Below, piece after piece: positions 1 through 11,706 of a DNA stretch of 64,000 bases. The position numbers and the translations under genes were made by a program. A model generated the notes under the pieces. That model saw nothing but the letters and a program-made list of their open reading frames with translations. It did no database searches and was not told the origin of the DNA. The DNA comes from Candidatus Eiseniibacteriota bacterium (GTDB lineage: Bacteria; Eisenbacteria; RBG-16-71-46; CAZAMP01), in NCBI GenBank assembly GCA_965224245.1, contig OZ245046.1, forward strand, positions 544,001-608,000. The letters run 5' to 3'. Numbering within the stretch: position 1 is the stretch's first letter; the number at the start of each line of letters is the position of its first letter.

Positions 1-1015
1 CGTGTCCGTAGCCGGTGACGATCGCCTCGACGCACGCGATGCCCTCTTCCTCGGCCTTGTGGGCGAGCATCGGACCCTCGATGACGTCCCCGATCGCGTA
101 CACGCCCTCAGCCGACGTCCGGAAGTGCCGGTCCACGGGGATGCGGCCCCGCGCATCCACCTCGATCCCGACCGTCTCCAGGCCAAGCCCGTCGGTGTTC
201 GGGATCCGGCCCACCGCCACCAGCACACGATCGGCATGGATCGGGTCGCGACCCTCCACCTCGACCACGCAGCGGTCGCCGTCGACGCGGGCCGCGGTCA
301 CCCGCGCACCGAGCACGAACTCGAGCCCCTGCTTGCCGAGGACCCGCTTCGCCTCGGCGGCGATCTCGCCGTCCATCCCGGCGAGAATCCGATCCAAGTA
401 CTCCAGCACCGTGACGCGCGATCCCAGCCGCGACCACACCGAGCCCAGCTCCAGGCCGATGGCGCCGGCTCCGATCACGACGAGCTCCCCGGGCACCTCC
501 GCGTACGAGAGCGCCTCGGTGCTGGTCCCGATCCGGTCTCCGTCCTGCTCGACCCCCCCGAGCGGCGCGGAGACGCTCCCGGTGGCCAGCACGACGTGCG
601 AGGCCTCCAGCGTGTCGGCGCCGTTGTGTCGCTCCACGACGACCCGGCCGGCTCCCTCGAGCCGGCCGCGTCCCTCGTAGCGGGTGACGCGGTTCTTTCG
701 AAAGAGGCCGTCGACGCCCATGGTCAGCGTCGCGACCGTCTCGTCCTTGCGGGCGAGCATGCGTGCCAGGTCGAGCTCGACGCCCGGGACGCGGATGCCG
801 TGCGCAGCGAACCCATGTGTCGCCTCGCGGAACAGCTCGGACGACTCGAGCAACGCCTTGGAGGGGATGCACCCGATCCGGAGACAGGTCCCGCCGAGCC
901 GGGGCTCGACCTCCACGCACGCGGTGTCGAGACCCAGCTGCGCGGCGCGGATGGCGGCCACGTAGCCGCCGGGGCCGCCGCCGATGATGATCAGGTCGTG
1001 CCGTCGATCGGGCAT
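1..1015 (-). CDS. lpdA: Dihydrolipoyl dehydrogenase (E3), 3' end truncated by the window edge
   Basis: Not in the ORF track. Read manually from ATG at 1015: MPDRRHDLIIIGGGPGGYVAAIRAAQLG...GGTCLRIGCIPSKAL (FAD-binding motif and redox-active CxxxxC). Lies directly downstream of sucB. Confidence 0.95.
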   Translation of the reverse strand, partial: MPDRRHDLIIIGGGPGGYVAAIRAAQLGLDTACVEVEPRLGGTCLRIGCIPSKALLESSELFREATHGFAAHGIRVPGVELDLARMLARKDETVATLTMGVDGLFRKNRVTRYEGRGRLEGAGRVVVERHNGADTLEASHVVLATGSVSAPLGGVEQDGDRIGTSTEALSYAEVPGELVVIGAGAIGLELGSVWSRLGSRVTVLEYLDRILAGMDGEIAAEAKRVLGKQGLEFVLGARVTAARVDGDRCVVEVEGRDPIHADRVLVAVGRIPNTDGLGLETVGIEVDARGRIPVDRHFRTSAEGVYAIGDVIEGPMLAHKAEEEGIACVEAIVTGYGH

Positions 1016-1018
1016 CGG

Positions 1019-2329
1019 TCAGATCTCCAGCAGAATGCGCGTGGGGTTCTCCACGCACTCCTTGATTCGTTTGAGAAACGTGACCGCCTCCCGGCCGTCG
1101 ATGATGCGGTGATCGTACGTGAGCGCCACGTACATCATCGGCCGGATGACGACCTGTCCGTCGCGCGCCACCGGGCGATCGTCGATTCCGTGGAGACCCA
1201 GGATGCCGCTCTGAGGCGGGTTCACGATCGGCGTGGACAGGAGCGATCCGTACACGCCTCCGTTGGAGATGGTGAATGTCCCGCCCTGCAGCTCGTCCAG
1301 CTCCAGCGTGTTCTCCTGCGCGCGCTTGGCGAAGTCGGCGATGATCGACTCGATCTCCGCGAAGCTGTGCCGCTCGGCGTTCCGAATGACCGGCACCACG
1401 AGCCCACGCCCTCCGCCGACGGCGACCCCGATGTCGTAGTAGTCGTGGTAGACGATGTCGGTGCCGTCGATCCGGGCGTTCACCTCGGGGATCAGCTTGA
1501 GGGCCTCGACGGCGGCCTTCACGAAGAACGACATCAGACCGAGCTTGATGCCGTACCTGGCGGTGAAGGCGTCCTGATGCGTCGCCCTGAGCGCCTTGAC
1601 CTCGCTCATGTCGATCTCGTTGAACGTCGTCAGGAGCGCGGCGGTCTGCTGGGATTCGACGAGCCGCTCGGCGATGCGCTGGCGGAGACGCGTCATCCGC
1701 ACGCGCTCGGTGCGACGTGACGCCTCGGTGGACGGCGCCGGTGCCGTCTCGGGCCCGGGTCGGGACTCGCCGTCCGTGGAGCCGGTGTGCCGTCGAACGT
1801 CCTCCTTGAGGAGGCGCCCGCCGGGCCCCGTGGCCTCGACGTCGCTCGCCGATAGCCCGTGCTCCGCCAGGGCGCGCCGGGCCGCCGGCATCACCCGGAC
1901 GCCGGCGTCCGCGTCGCGATCCGGTGCATCCTCGTGCTCTCGCTCGGGCTCGGCCGGCGTGTCCGCCGCCGGCGGGGAGGTCGCCCGCGACCGTGTCTCG
2001 GCCGACGCGCCGTCCGCCTTCACCGGTGGGGCGGGCGCGTCCGAGCCGGCGTCGGTCGCGGTGGTCGCGCCGCCGCCATCGGCCCTGGCGGCGCTCTCGT
2101 CGATGTAGCCGATCACGTCGCCCACGTCGGCGGTGTCGCCCGTCTTCTTCAGGATCTTCGAGACGGTGCCGGACGCGGGCGCCGGAAGCTCGGCGGTCAC
2201 CTTGTCGGTCTCGAGCACGACGACCGGCTCGTCGGCCTCGACGCTCTCGCCTTCCTTCTTGAGCCACTCGCCCAGATAGGCCTCGGTGACCGACTCTCCA
2301 AACGACGGGATCTTCAGCTCGATCGCCAT
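1019..2329 (-). CDS. sucB: 2-oxoglutarate dehydrogenase E2, dihydrolipoamide succinyltransferase
   Basis: Lipoyl domain (ETDKV), E3-binding domain ([11 protein letters not shown]), catalytic DHRIIDG; between sucA and lpdA. Confidence 0.96.
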   Translation of the reverse strand: MAIELKIPSFGESVTEAYLGEWLKKEGESVEADEPVVVLETDKVTAELPAPASGTVSKILKKTGDTADVGDVIGYIDESAARADGGGATTATDAGSDAPAPPVKADGASAETRSRATSPPAADTPAEPEREHEDAPDRDADAGVRVMPAARRALAEHGLSASDVEATGPGGRLLKEDVRRHTGSTDGESRPGPETAPAPSTEASRRTERVRMTRLRQRIAERLVESQQTAALLTTFNEIDMSEVKALRATHQDAFTARYGIKLGLMSFFVKAAVEALKLIPEVNARIDGTDIVYHDYYDIGVAVGGGRGLVVPVIRNAERHSFAEIESIIADFAKRAQENTLELDELQGGTFTISNGGVYGSLLSTPIVNPPQSGILGLHGIDDRPVARDGQVVIRPMMYVALTYDHRIIDGREAVTFLKRIKECVENPTRILLEI

Positions 2330-2393
2330 GCGAACCGTTCCCTTTCCGAGGCGCGCCGGACGGTGTGTCCGCGCGGGGTGGCGCGCACGTTCG

Positions 2394-5198
2394 TCACGGG
2401 GTCGCGAACGCGCGCGCGATCAGACGTTCCTGCTCCAGCCTGTGACTGGCCGCCGACCCGGTGGCCGGGCTCGCAGACGCTTCACGCGTGATGCCCTCGA
2501 AGCCCCAGCGCCCGAGAAGTCGCTCTCCGAAGCGAGCCCGGAGGTGACACCACGCGCCGGCATTCTCGGGCTCTTCCTGTACCCAGACGACGGGCACCGT
2601 GTCCGGGTACGGCGCGAGCGCCTCCCCGAGCACCTCGTCGGCGAGCGGGTAGAGCTGCTCGCACCGGAGGATGGCCACGTCGTCGTGCCCGAACTCGAGG
2701 CGCGCGGCATCCAGCTCGTAGTAGATCTTACCCGAGCACAGGAGCACCCGGCGCGCGCGGGTGGGGTCGACCGGAAGCGCATCGTCGATGATGCGCCGGA
2801 AACGACCCGTCGTGAAGTCGTCGAGCGGGGATACCGCACTCGCGTGGCGGAGCAGGCTCTTGGGCGTCATGACCACCAGGGGCTTTCGCCACGTCCGCAC
2901 GACCTGACGTCTCAGCGCGTGGAAGTACTGCGCGGGGGTCGTGGGATTCACGATCTGGATGTTGTCCTCCGCCGTCAGGGTCAGGAAGCGCTCGAGCCGG
3001 GCGCTCGAGTGCTCTGGGCCGTTGCCCTCGAAGCCGTGCGGCAGGAGGAGGACGAGCCCGGAGAGGCGGTTCCACTTGTCCTCGGCGCTGATGATGAACT
3101 GGTCGATGATCACCTGGGCCACGTTGCAGAAGTCGCCGAACTGTGCCTCCCACATGACCAGTCCGCTCGGATGATCGAGGCTGTACCCGTACTCGAATCC
3201 GAGCACGCCGACCTCCGAGAGCGGGCTGTTGATGATGTCCACCGGCGCCTGCTCGCTCGCGACGTGCTGGAGCGGGACGTACGGGGCTCCGGTCTCTTGA
3301 TCGTGCAGGATGGCGTGCCGGTGGCTGAAGGTCCCGCGGCCGGAGTCCTGTCCGGCCAGGCGCACGCGATGACCCTCCGCCGCCAGTGATGCGAGCGCGA
3401 GCGCCTCGCCGTTGGCCCAGTCCAGGTGCTTCTGTCCGCTCGCCATGGCCAGCCGGGCGTTCAGGAATCGCCGCAGCTTCGGGTGGAGCTGGAAGCCGTC
3501 GGGGACGTGGGCCTGCTCCTCCAGGAGCGCCGCACACGTCTCTCCCGGGACGCCGGTGTCGACGTCGGGCGCGTCCGCTTCCGGTCCGCCGCGGTACGTG
3601 TGCCAGACGCCCGCGAGCGTGTCGGGCGTCCCCGAGTACTCCGGGCTCCGCGCCACCGTGAGCTCGCGATCGAGCATCTCCCGGCGTTCGGTCACGATCT
3701 CCCGGGCCTCGTCCTTCGAGACGCCACCGAGTCGCATGAGTCGCTCGAGGTACGTCTCGCTGATCGGACGCCGCGCCCGGATCGCCTCGTACATGCGGGG
3801 CTGCGTGAACGCGGGCTCGTCGCCCTCGTTGTGCCCGTGGCGACGGTAGCAGTACATGTCGATCACGACGTCGCGGTGGAAGCGCTGGCGGAAGTCCATC
3901 GCGATCCGGAGTACCTGCGCGACCGCCTCGGGGTCCTCGCCGTTCACGTGGAAGATCGGGATCTGGAGCATCTTGGCCACGCCCGACGCGTAGATCGTCG
4001 AGCGCGCCTCGGAGGGGCCGGTCGTGAACCCGATCTGGTTGTTGACGATGACGTGCAGCGTACCGCCGGTCGTGTAGCCGTCGAGCTCGCTGAGGTTCAG
4101 CGTCTCCTGGATGACCCCTTGCCCGGCGAACGCCGCGTCGCCGTGGATCAGGATGACCATGCCGTCGGCGCCGCTGCCCCCGAGGCGCGCGGCATCCTGC
4201 TTGGCCCGCATGCGTCCCAGCGCGACCGGGTTGACGAACTCGAGGTGGCTGGGGTTGAAGCACAGCGAGAGGTGAACGTCGTTGCCCGAGAACGTCTTCT
4301 GGACGCGTGAGAAACCGAGGTGGTACTTCACGTCGCCGCCGCCCAGGTAGCGCTCGGGGTCGGCGTCCTCGAACTCCCAGAAGATCTGGGCCGGCGACTT
4401 GCCGATGATGTTCGCGAGCACGTTGAGCCGGCCCCGGTGGGCCATCCCGAACACGATCTCCGCCAGTCCCTCCTCTCCGGCCCGATGGATCGCCATGTCC
4501 AGGAGCGGGATCAGGCTCTCGGCGCCCTCGAGCGAGAAGCGCTTGGCGCCCAGGTACTTCTTCTGGATGAACTCCTCGAACATGACCGCGTCGGTGAGCT
4601 TGCGCAGGATCCGCAGCTGCTCTTCGCGCCGGAGCGAGATGCGATTCTGCGTGCTCTCCATGCGCGTCTGGAGCCACATCTTGATCTCGATGTCGTCGAT
4701 GTGCATGTACTGCACGCCGATGTAGCGGCAGTAGGTGTTGCGGAGCCGCTCCAGGATCTCGGCCAGGGTCAGCGTGTCGGGAGACCCGGCCAGCGTGCGG
4801 CTCGAGAAGCGGCGCTCGTGGTCCTCGGGGGTGAGTCCGTAGTACTCCGGCTCCAGCTCGGGATGCTGCGTGCGCGGCAGCTGGAGCGGATCGAACCGGG
4901 CCACGAGGTGTCCGCGCACCCGGTACGCCCGGATCAGCTGGTCCACCCGATCCTGCAGCTCCACGAGCCGGGAGAGATCGACCGGGCCCGAGCCGTTCGG
5001 GGTGGGAGAGGCCGGGTTGAACACGCTCCGGGGCGTGAACGCGGGACGTCGCGCACCGGCGGCCGGGCCGTCGCCGTCCATGGACGCGAAGTACGCACGC
5101 CAGCTCGCCGACACCGACGCTGGATCGCGACGGTACGCCTCGTACACGTCCTCGACGAAGGCGAGGTTCGTCATGCTCGGCAGGTCGTGGCGGGTCAT
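2394..5198 (-). CDS. sucA: 2-oxoglutarate dehydrogenase E1 component
   Basis: [19 protein letters not shown]-binding [30 protein letters not shown]. Confidence 0.97.
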   Translation of the reverse strand: MTRHDLPSMTNLAFVEDVYEAYRRDPASVSASWRAYFASMDGDGPAAGARRPAFTPRSVFNPASPTPNGSGPVDLSRLVELQDRVDQLIRAYRVRGHLVARFDPLQLPRTQHPELEPEYYGLTPEDHERRFSSRTLAGSPDTLTLAEILERLRNTYCRYIGVQYMHIDDIEIKMWLQTRMESTQNRISLRREEQLRILRKLTDAVMFEEFIQKKYLGAKRFSLEGAESLIPLLDMAIHRAGEEGLAEIVFGMAHRGRLNVLANIIGKSPAQIFWEFEDADPERYLGGGDVKYHLGFSRVQKTFSGNDVHLSLCFNPSHLEFVNPVALGRMRAKQDAARLGGSGADGMVILIHGDAAFAGQGVIQETLNLSELDGYTTGGTLHVIVNNQIGFTTGPSEARSTIYASGVAKMLQIPIFHVNGEDPEAVAQVLRIAMDFRQRFHRDVVIDMYCYRRHGHNEGDEPAFTQPRMYEAIRARRPISETYLERLMRLGGVSKDEAREIVTERREMLDRELTVARSPEYSGTPDTLAGVWHTYRGGPEADAPDVDTGVPGETCAALLEEQAHVPDGFQLHPKLRRFLNARLAMASGQKHLDWANGEALALASLAAEGHRVRLAGQDSGRGTFSHRHAILHDQETGAPYVPLQHVASEQAPVDIINSPLSEVGVLGFEYGYSLDHPSGLVMWEAQFGDFCNVAQVIIDQFIISAEDKWNRLSGLVLLLPHGFEGNGPEHSSARLERFLTLTAEDNIQIVNPTTPAQYFHALRRQVVRTWRKPLVVMTPKSLLRHASAVSPLDDFTTGRFRRIIDDALPVDPTRARRVLLCSGKIYYELDAARLEFGHDDVAILRCEQLYPLADEVLGEALAPYPDTVPVVWVQEEPENAGAWCHLRARFGERLLGRWGFEGITREASASPATGSAASHRLEQERLIARAFATP

Positions 5199-5405
5199 GG
5201 TTCCGGATGTCCCTTCGGGAATCGGGCGATGACTCGAGAAGCGTCCGAGTGTACGCGTTCGGGCTGCGCCGGTCCACGCCCTGCGGCCCCACGCCCTGCC
5301 GGTCCGCCCGGGAGCCCCCGCTCACGGACGCCGGGGGGTTCCGGCTGGGGCCGCCGGACGGATCCCCATTGCCCGGCCGGACTCGCGATTGGTAGCGTCT
5401 CGGTC

Positions 5406-7142
5406 ATGAACTCACTCCGCATCGCGCTCGCGCAGATCAACACGACCGTCGGCGACGTCGCCGGAAACGCCCTTCTCGTCCGCCAGGGCATCGAACGAGC
5501 CCGCGGCGAGGGCGCCGAGCTCGTCGTGTTTCCCGAGGCGACCCTGCCCGGATACCCCGCCGACGATCTCGTCCTGAAGACGAGCTTCGTGGTCGCCACG
5601 CAGACGGCGGTGGCGGAGCTCGCCCCGTCGTCGCGGGGGCTGACCGTCCTCGTCGGCTTCGTCGACGACGTCGACGGGGGTATCGGCAACGCTGTTGCGA
5701 TCCTGCACGACGGCCGGCACGTCGGCACCGTGTTGAAGCACCACCTGCCCAACTACGGCGTCTTCGACGAGCGCCGCTACTTCACCCCCGCGACGCGTCC
5801 GGTACTCCTGTGCCGCGGGGGGGTTAGACTGGGTTTGACGATCTGTGAGGACATTTGGATTCGTCCGAGTCCCGCCGAGATCCAGTGCCGGGACGGCGGC
5901 GCCGACATCCTCGTGAACCTGTCCGCGTCCCCGTACGCGATCGGCAAACCGGCTCGCCGGGAGGCGCTGTTCGGCGCCCTGGCGGCGGAGCTCGGCGTGC
6001 ATCTCCTCGTGTGCAACCTGGTCGGGGGGCAGGACGAGCTCGTCTTCGACGGGACCTCGCTGGCGATCGGTCCGGACGGGTCGATGCTGGCCCGCGCGTC
6101 CAGCTTCTCCGAGGATCTCGTCGTGCTGGACGTTCCCGCGCGGGTCCACGCGTCGCCGCCGCCCGACCGAACCACGCTTCGAACGTTCGAGGTGGAGCCG
6201 ATCGACACGGGGGACGGAGTGGGGAGCGGGCGCATCCGCGTCGCGAAGGAGCCGGCCGAGAGGCTCGCGGTCGTCCGCGGGGGGCGCTGCGCCCCGCTCG
6301 CGGGCGTCGAGGAGACCTACGCGGCGCTCGTGCTGGGGACCCGCGACTACACCCTCAAGAACGGCTTCGAGCACGTCGTTCTCGGGCTCTCGGGCGGGAT
6401 CGACTCCGCGCTCGTGGCCGTGGTCGCTGCGGACGCGCTCGGACCCGCGCACGTGACCGCGATCGGGATGCCCTCCCCCTTCAGCTCCCCGGGCAGCGTG
6501 ACCGACGCACGCGCCCTCTCCGAGGCGCTCGGCATCGAGTTCCGGGTGATCGAGATCGATCGGGTGTACGAGGCACTCATCGAGGCGCTCGAGCCGTCGT
6601 TCCAGGGGTTGCCGTTCGGCCTCGCCGAGGAGAACCTCCAGGCTCGCGTGCGCGGGAATCTCCTGATGGCGCTGTCGAACAAGTTCGGGTGGCTCGTCCT
6701 GACCACGGGCAACAAGTCCGAGACCGCGGTCGGGTACTCGACGCTCTACGGGGACACCGCGGGCGGGTTCGCGGTCATCAAGGACCTCTACAAGACCAGC
6801 GTCTACGAGCACGCTCGGCATCGGAACGCATCGGGCGCCGTCATTCCCGAGTCGATCCTGACGAAGGCCCCGTCGGCCGAGCTGCGCCCCGATCAGAAGG
6901 ACTCCGATTCGCTCCCGCCGTACGACGTCCTCGATCGCATTCTGGTCGCGTACGTCGAGCGGGATCAGTCGATCGACGAGATCGCATCGGAGGAAACCGA
7001 CCGCGAGCTGGTCGCCCGCGTGACCGGGCTCGTGGACCGCGCGGAGTACAAGCGGCGACAGAGCCCGCCCGGCATCAAGATCACCACCCGCGCATTCGGC
7101 AAGGACCGCCGGCTTCCGATCACCAACCGCTGGGGTGGGTGA
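5406..7142 (+). CDS. nadE: Glutamine-dependent NAD+ synthetase
   Basis: Start taken at ATG 5406 (MNSLRIALAQIN). Nitrilase-type domain (FPE, LPNYGVFDERRYF, ICEDIW) plus synthetase domain (GLSGGIDS, ENLQAR, TGNKSE, PSAELRPDQKD). Confidence 0.96.
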   Translation: MNSLRIALAQINTTVGDVAGNALLVRQGIERARGEGAELVVFPEATLPGYPADDLVLKTSFVVATQTAVAELAPSSRGLTVLVGFVDDVDGGIGNAVAILHDGRHVGTVLKHHLPNYGVFDERRYFTPATRPVLLCRGGVRLGLTICEDIWIRPSPAEIQCRDGGADILVNLSASPYAIGKPARREALFGALAAELGVHLLVCNLVGGQDELVFDGTSLAIGPDGSMLARASSFSEDLVVLDVPARVHASPPPDRTTLRTFEVEPIDTGDGVGSGRIRVAKEPAERLAVVRGGRCAPLAGVEETYAALVLGTRDYTLKNGFEHVVLGLSGGIDSALVAVVAADALGPAHVTAIGMPSPFSSPGSVTDARALSEALGIEFRVIEIDRVYEALIEALEPSFQGLPFGLAEENLQARVRGNLLMALSNKFGWLVLTTGNKSETAVGYSTLYGDTAGGFAVIKDLYKTSVYEHARHRNASGAVIPESILTKAPSAELRPDQKDSDSLPPYDVLDRILVAYVERDQSIDEIASEETDRELVARVTGLVDRAEYKRRQSPPGIKITTRAFGKDRRLPITNRWGG

Positions 7143-7474
7143 TGGGATCGGCTCCGCGCTGGCACCGCCTGCTCGGTGAGCGACACGAGTACGACGAGGA
7201 GTGGGAGCGCGCGATCCGTTGCTATCTGGTCGCGCTCGATCAGGAGCCCGACGACCTCGAGACCTACTACCGCCTCGCGCGAATCTACGCGAAGCTGGGT
7301 GTCGAGAACGCGAACCTGGATCTCCTGGAGCAGGCCGGCAAGGTGGGCCGCGCCGGCCGCCGCCGGGCCGAGCCCGGAAGCGACTGGTTCCAGCGCTTCG
7401 ACGCGTTGCTCGGCGAGCTGGGACCGGCCTGGGAGGCCGCGGGCGGTGACACGGAAGACGTCGAGCCGAGGTAA
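7142..7474 (+). CDS. Small TPR-like protein (~110 aa)
   Basis: ATG overlaps the nadE stop (TGATG). WERAIRCYLVALDQEPDDLETYYRLARIY resembles a TPR helix pair. Confidence 0.7.
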   Translation: MGSAPRWHRLLGERHEYDEEWERAIRCYLVALDQEPDDLETYYRLARIYAKLGVENANLDLLEQAGKVGRAGRRRAEPGSDWFQRFDALLGELGPAWEAAGGDTEDVEPR

Positions 7475-7623
7475 ATCATTGTAGGATAATAATCAAGACG
7501 GATCAGTGTCTTTTCCGGCTCGGATCCTGTTCGGTCCTCGCGATTTCGGCGTTGGTGCGGGCGCAACGAGCCGCCGTCCCGATCACGGCGTCGCCCAGAC
7601 CATACGAAAAAGCGAGGCATGGC

Positions 7624-10600
7624 ATGTCGGTCCCGTCGTTTCGTCGCGCCACGCGCCCACGGGCGCTCTTCACGTTCACCACGGTGCTCGCGATGCTGCT
7701 CGCGCTGGCGGTCGTCGGGACCGTGGCGTCCGCGACGTCCGTCGCGGACGCGGTGGAGAAGCCGGCGCCCGGGATGCTGACGATCCCCGCCCCGACCTCC
7801 GACACCCCCGCGCCGCTCCTCGAGGAGCTCCGCCAGGCGAAGCGCGCCGGCGACGTCGCGGCGGCTCACGCGCTGCACGAGACGCTGGGCTGGACGAGCG
7901 AGGCTCGAGCCGGCGACGCCGCCACGACGGCGGCGACCGTGACCCGCGCCGTCAGGCGCTCGGGACTCCCCGGCGGCCCCGATCCGCTGCTCTACGATCA
8001 GCTCGTGAACCAGCCGGCCTGGTCGTCGGGGGCACCGGCGATCGCGAGCACGAACGACGGCGTTCTCTACGCCGTCGTCGAGGACCTCAACGGCGCGTAC
8101 CTGGACATCTACCGGTCCGACAGCGGTGGCTACTCGTGGACGTACGAGCTGAGCCTGACCGGGGTCGATCCGGTCCAGCCGGCGATCGCGATCGCCGAAG
8201 GCAACGAGAACCGGCTCCTCGTCGTGTACGTCGACGGAAGCACGACGGCGTCGGCCGCGATCAAGTCGTTCCGGATGGACATCGACACCGGTACCTCGGC
8301 GACGTCCACCATCTTCGCGCAGGCCTACGCGGTCCTGTCCGACCCGCACATCGCGCTGGACAGTCCCGAGTACGCGTACTGGTACCCCTACGTGACGTGG
8401 ATCCGCGGCACGGTCGGGCGCGGGGTCTCGTACGGCGTCGACTTCAGCCGATCGCTCGACTACGGCGAGACGTGGACGTCGTCCACGACGCTGGCCACCA
8501 GTGCGACGAGCGATCTCGAGCACGACGTCGACTTCGGGGCGTCCACGCTGCACGTGGCCTACACGGTGACCGCCGCGCCGGGTAACCGCGACGTATACCT
8601 GCGCCGGAGCACCGACTTCGGCGGGTCATTCGCCGCCGGGAGCGGCGTGGCCACCGCCTCCCAGGACGAGTACGAGCCGACCGTGGGCGCGACGCGCGAC
8701 GGGAGCCTGGTCGCGGTCGCGTTCACGAAGGCCTACACCGTGAGCAACACCGACGCCGAGGCGGTCGTGTCGATCGACGGCACGAGCTGGTCGCTGACGT
8801 ACCTGCCGTACGACGGCTTGCTGGAAGGGCAGGTCGATCTGGCCGCCAGCGAGAACGCGCCCATCGTTCACGCGGTCTATCGCCGGGATCCCGGTCGCGT
8901 GGCCACGACGTCGATGCACGCGGAGATCCTGAGCTGGGACCCCGCGCATCGCGTGAACGAGTCCGCGCTGGCCGATCCGACCTACGGCCCCGCCGTGGTG
9001 GCCACGCCGGTTCGCGCGCAGGAGGCGGGTGTCGTCTGGACCACCCAGGGCCCCGACGCGAAGCGCGTGATGTTCGACGCGGACTACCCGGTCGGAGATC
9101 TCGTCGTGGTGCTCGCCGATCCCTCGCTGGCCACGGCCGTCGCCGGGTACCGGAGCTGGAAGGAGTCGATCGGCTATCGGGTCGTGGTGACCGACGTGCC
9201 GGCGATCCTGGCTGCATATCCGTCCGGTGACGACGCGGAGCGGATCTTCGCCTACCTCGCCGATCACAGTGACGCCACTCGCCACGTGATGCTGGTCGGA
9301 GACGTGGACCTCCTCCCGATGCGGCTCCTCTATCCGGACGACAAGGGACTCGCGTACGGCTCGGACTTCTACTACGCCAGCGTGGGGACACTGGTGTGGG
9401 ACTCGGATGGGGACGATCGATGGGGGGAGTTCGTGGACGACGGCCTCGATCCCAACCCGGATCTCATCGTGGCCCGGCTCCCGTTCGACGACGCGACCAG
9501 CGTGGAGGCCGCCTGTACGAACATGGTCGCGTTCGAGCAGGCGACCGGCGCCTGGAAGCGCAGCGTGGTTCTGGCCAACGGGTTCATGGACCACGTAGAG
9601 AATACGCCGGCCGATCCGGTCACCGACGCCGCCTACTCGGGTGAGGCCACCCGCGCCGACTGCCTGACGCCGATGGGATGGGGCTCGACCCGTCTCTACG
9701 AGGAGGGCGGGATCTCGACCTCGGTGTTCACGGTCGACACACCGCTCAGCCAGACCGCCTATCGCGCCGAGCTCGGATGGGGCATGCACGGAATCGTGAA
9801 CAACATCGCGCACGGCAATCCCACGGGGATGGCAGGAGTCGTCTGGGACGCCGACCTCAACGAGAGCTTCACCCGCGACCTGCCCGAGGAGTGGAGCTAC
9901 AACTGGTTCAGCAACTCCGGCGACATCTCGACCGACCCCGCGGCCGGGGTCGTGTGCCTGTGGGGGTGCTCGACCGCTCACCTGTTCGGGCAGTGCAACG
10001 CCTTCTCGAGCTCACCCCTGCGATCGCGGTTCCTGATCCGCGAGACGCGATCGGACATGATGCTCAAGGAGTATCTCCGGAACGGTGCGGGCGCGGTCAT
10101 CGCCGCGACTGCGGGGAGCGACTACGGCGCCGGGTGGACGACGCCGGCGCAGGGCCATCAGCAGTCGCTCGCGTACTACCTCTTCTCGGAGATCGAGGGC
10201 GGGCGGAGACGCATGGGGGACGCGTTCCACGCGGCGGCCGCGCGCTACGCGTCCACTCACGGGCTCGCGCGAGGCATCCGGGTCTTCCACGCGTTCGGCG
10301 ACCCGACGCTCTCGCTGGACGACGTCGAGATCCCGGCCGGCGCCGAGCGCGTGGCGGGGCCGGTCGCCGCCCACGTGACGGTCGACCGGAGCGGCACCGA
10401 GCGTGGGGGGGATTGCGACCTGCCCGTCGACTCGGTCGACTGGTCTGCGCCGGTCGAGCTTCCCGGCGGGATGTCCATCCAGACGTTCGCGATCTCCGGC
10501 TACGATCTCTTCGCCGGCGGGATCAGCTCCGATGAGACGGGCACCCGCGGCAGCGTCTATCACAGTCCCGACGGCGGCCTCCTGTGGACGCGCCACGACG

Positions 10601-11706
10601 TGCCCGGCGCGCGCTCGATTCGCGTGATCGAGCCCACGCGCGCCGGCGCGCTGATCGCCGCCGGGATGTCCGAGGAGGACGGCGCGTACCCGGCCGCGAT
10701 CTATCGTTCCACCGACGGTGCGGTCTCGTGGACCCCGACGTGGTTCGGTGTCGAGGGTGTCGTCACCGACGTGGTCGAGCGCGCCGACGGCCGTCTGGTG
10801 GCCGTGACCGGGTGGGACGGCGAGGTTCTCGAATCCGAGGACGACGGTGAGAGCTGGATGGCGATCGCCGATCTGGGCCCCGGTGTCTCGATCAGCTCGA
10901 TCTCCGAGGTCGACGGCGAGCTCTTCGCCACGCTGGATGCGCCAATGGGGCTGTCGCCGGTTCTTCACTCGTCGGACGGCGCGTCCTGGGGCCCGGTCGC
11001 CGGGCTGGAGACCGTGGAAGCCGCGTACGACCTCGTGCGCGGGGGCGACGGCGACCTCTACGCGGGCGTTCGCGACCTCGGAGGCGCCGGCGTCGTGTAC
11101 CGGTCGTCGACGGCCGGCGAGCTCTGGGAGCCGACCACGGAGTTTCCCGATCCCGGGGCGGTGCGGGTCCGCACGCTCCTGGAGGGTCCCGACGGATCGA
11201 TCTACGCCGGCGCATCGAGTGCGCTCGGGGTGGCGAGCACGCGCGTGTATCGACTGGAGCCCGGTGGCACCGACTGGGAGCGTGTCGGCTCCGAGGTGGA
11301 CCTGGCCAACGACGTGCATGCCATGACGGTGTACGGTCCGAACGTCTACGCCGGCACCGGCGACCTCTACGGCAGGGTCTACCTGATCTCGCACGGCGTG
11401 CTCCTGGCGGCTCCGGCCACGACGCCCGAGATCGCGCTCCGCGTCGACGCGGTGGCGCCGAACCCGTTCACCACCACGACCGCGTTCCGCTACACGATCG
11501 GCGCTCCCGCGGACGTCACCCTGGACGTCTTCGATGCGATGGGCCGGCTCGTGCGGCAGCTGACCGATCACGCAGCGGCGGGATCGCACACGATCGGGTG
11601 GGACGGGACGAACGCAGCCGGCGAGGCGGTCTCCACGGGCGTGTACTTCTATCGCCTGCGTGCCGGCGGACTCGAGGAACGGGGCCGTGTGGTCGTGGCC
11701 CGGTGA
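7624..11706 (+). CDS. Secreted C25 (gingipain-like) cysteine peptidase with BNR/sialidase-like propellers and C-terminal FlgD/T9SS-like Ig domain
   Basis: Hydrophobic signal region; SxDxGxTW Asp-boxes; C25 motifs VMLVGDV, SDFYYA, IVARLP, NNIAHGNP (His), LWGCST (Cys), FGDPTL; tail PNPF..FDAMGRLVR..WDGTNAAG..TGVYFYRL. Start chosen at ATG 7624. Confidence 0.8.
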   Translation: MSVPSFRRATRPRALFTFTTVLAMLLALAVVGTVASATSVADAVEKPAPGMLTIPAPTSDTPAPLLEELRQAKRAGDVAAAHALHETLGWTSEARAGDAATTAATVTRAVRRSGLPGGPDPLLYDQLVNQPAWSSGAPAIASTNDGVLYAVVEDLNGAYLDIYRSDSGGYSWTYELSLTGVDPVQPAIAIAEGNENRLLVVYVDGSTTASAAIKSFRMDIDTGTSATSTIFAQAYAVLSDPHIALDSPEYAYWYPYVTWIRGTVGRGVSYGVDFSRSLDYGETWTSSTTLATSATSDLEHDVDFGASTLHVAYTVTAAPGNRDVYLRRSTDFGGSFAAGSGVATASQDEYEPTVGATRDGSLVAVAFTKAYTVSNTDAEAVVSIDGTSWSLTYLPYDGLLEGQVDLAASENAPIVHAVYRRDPGRVATTSMHAEILSWDPAHRVNESALADPTYGPAVVATPVRAQEAGVVWTTQGPDAKRVMFDADYPVGDLVVVLADPSLATAVAGYRSWKESIGYRVVVTDVPAILAAYPSGDDAERIFAYLADHSDATRHVMLVGDVDLLPMRLLYPDDKGLAYGSDFYYASVGTLVWDSDGDDRWGEFVDDGLDPNPDLIVARLPFDDATSVEAACTNMVAFEQATGAWKRSVVLANGFMDHVENTPADPVTDAAYSGEATRADCLTPMGWGSTRLYEEGGISTSVFTVDTPLSQTAYRAELGWGMHGIVNNIAHGNPTGMAGVVWDADLNESFTRDLPEEWSYNWFSNSGDISTDPAAGVVCLWGCSTAHLFGQCNAFSSSPLRSRFLIRETRSDMMLKEYLRNGAGAVIAATAGSDYGAGWTTPAQGHQQSLAYYLFSEIEGGRRRMGDAFHAAAARYASTHGLARGIRVFHAFGDPTLSLDDVEIPAGAERVAGPVAAHVTVDRSGTERGGDCDLPVDSVDWSAPVELPGGMSIQTFAISGYDLFAGGISSDETGTRGSVYHSPDGGLLWTRHDVPGARSIRVIEPTRAGALIAAGMSEEDGAYPAAIYRSTDGAVSWTPTWFGVEGVVTDVVERADGRLVAVTGWDGEVLESEDDGESWMAIADLGPGVSISSISEVDGELFATLDAPMGLSPVLHSSDGASWGPVAGLETVEAAYDLVRGGDGDLYAGVRDLGGAGVVYRSSTAGELWEPTTEFPDPGAVRVRTLLEGPDGSIYAGASSALGVASTRVYRLEPGGTDWERVGSEVDLANDVHAMTVYGPNVYAGTGDLYGRVYLISHGVLLAAPATTPEIALRVDAVAPNPFTTTTAFRYTIGAPADVTLDVFDAMGRLVRQLTDHAAAGSHTIGWDGTNAAGEAVSTGVYFYRLRAGGLEERGRVVVAR

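Noticed and set aside
2-5325. Long alternative-frame and antisense ORFs over sucAB-lpdA (e.g. 2..1720 +, 108..2267 -, 2728..5325 -)
   Set aside because: Arg/Pro/Gly-rich shadow ORFs typical of high-GC DNA, overlapping well-supported genes. The same applies to most long overlapping ORFs in the track, e.g. 23538..25931, 32088..34937 and 45996..48446.
4320-5405. Apparent 940-aa NadE with a long N-terminal extension
   Set aside because: The extension is antisense to sucA; recognisable NadE sequence starts at ATG 5406
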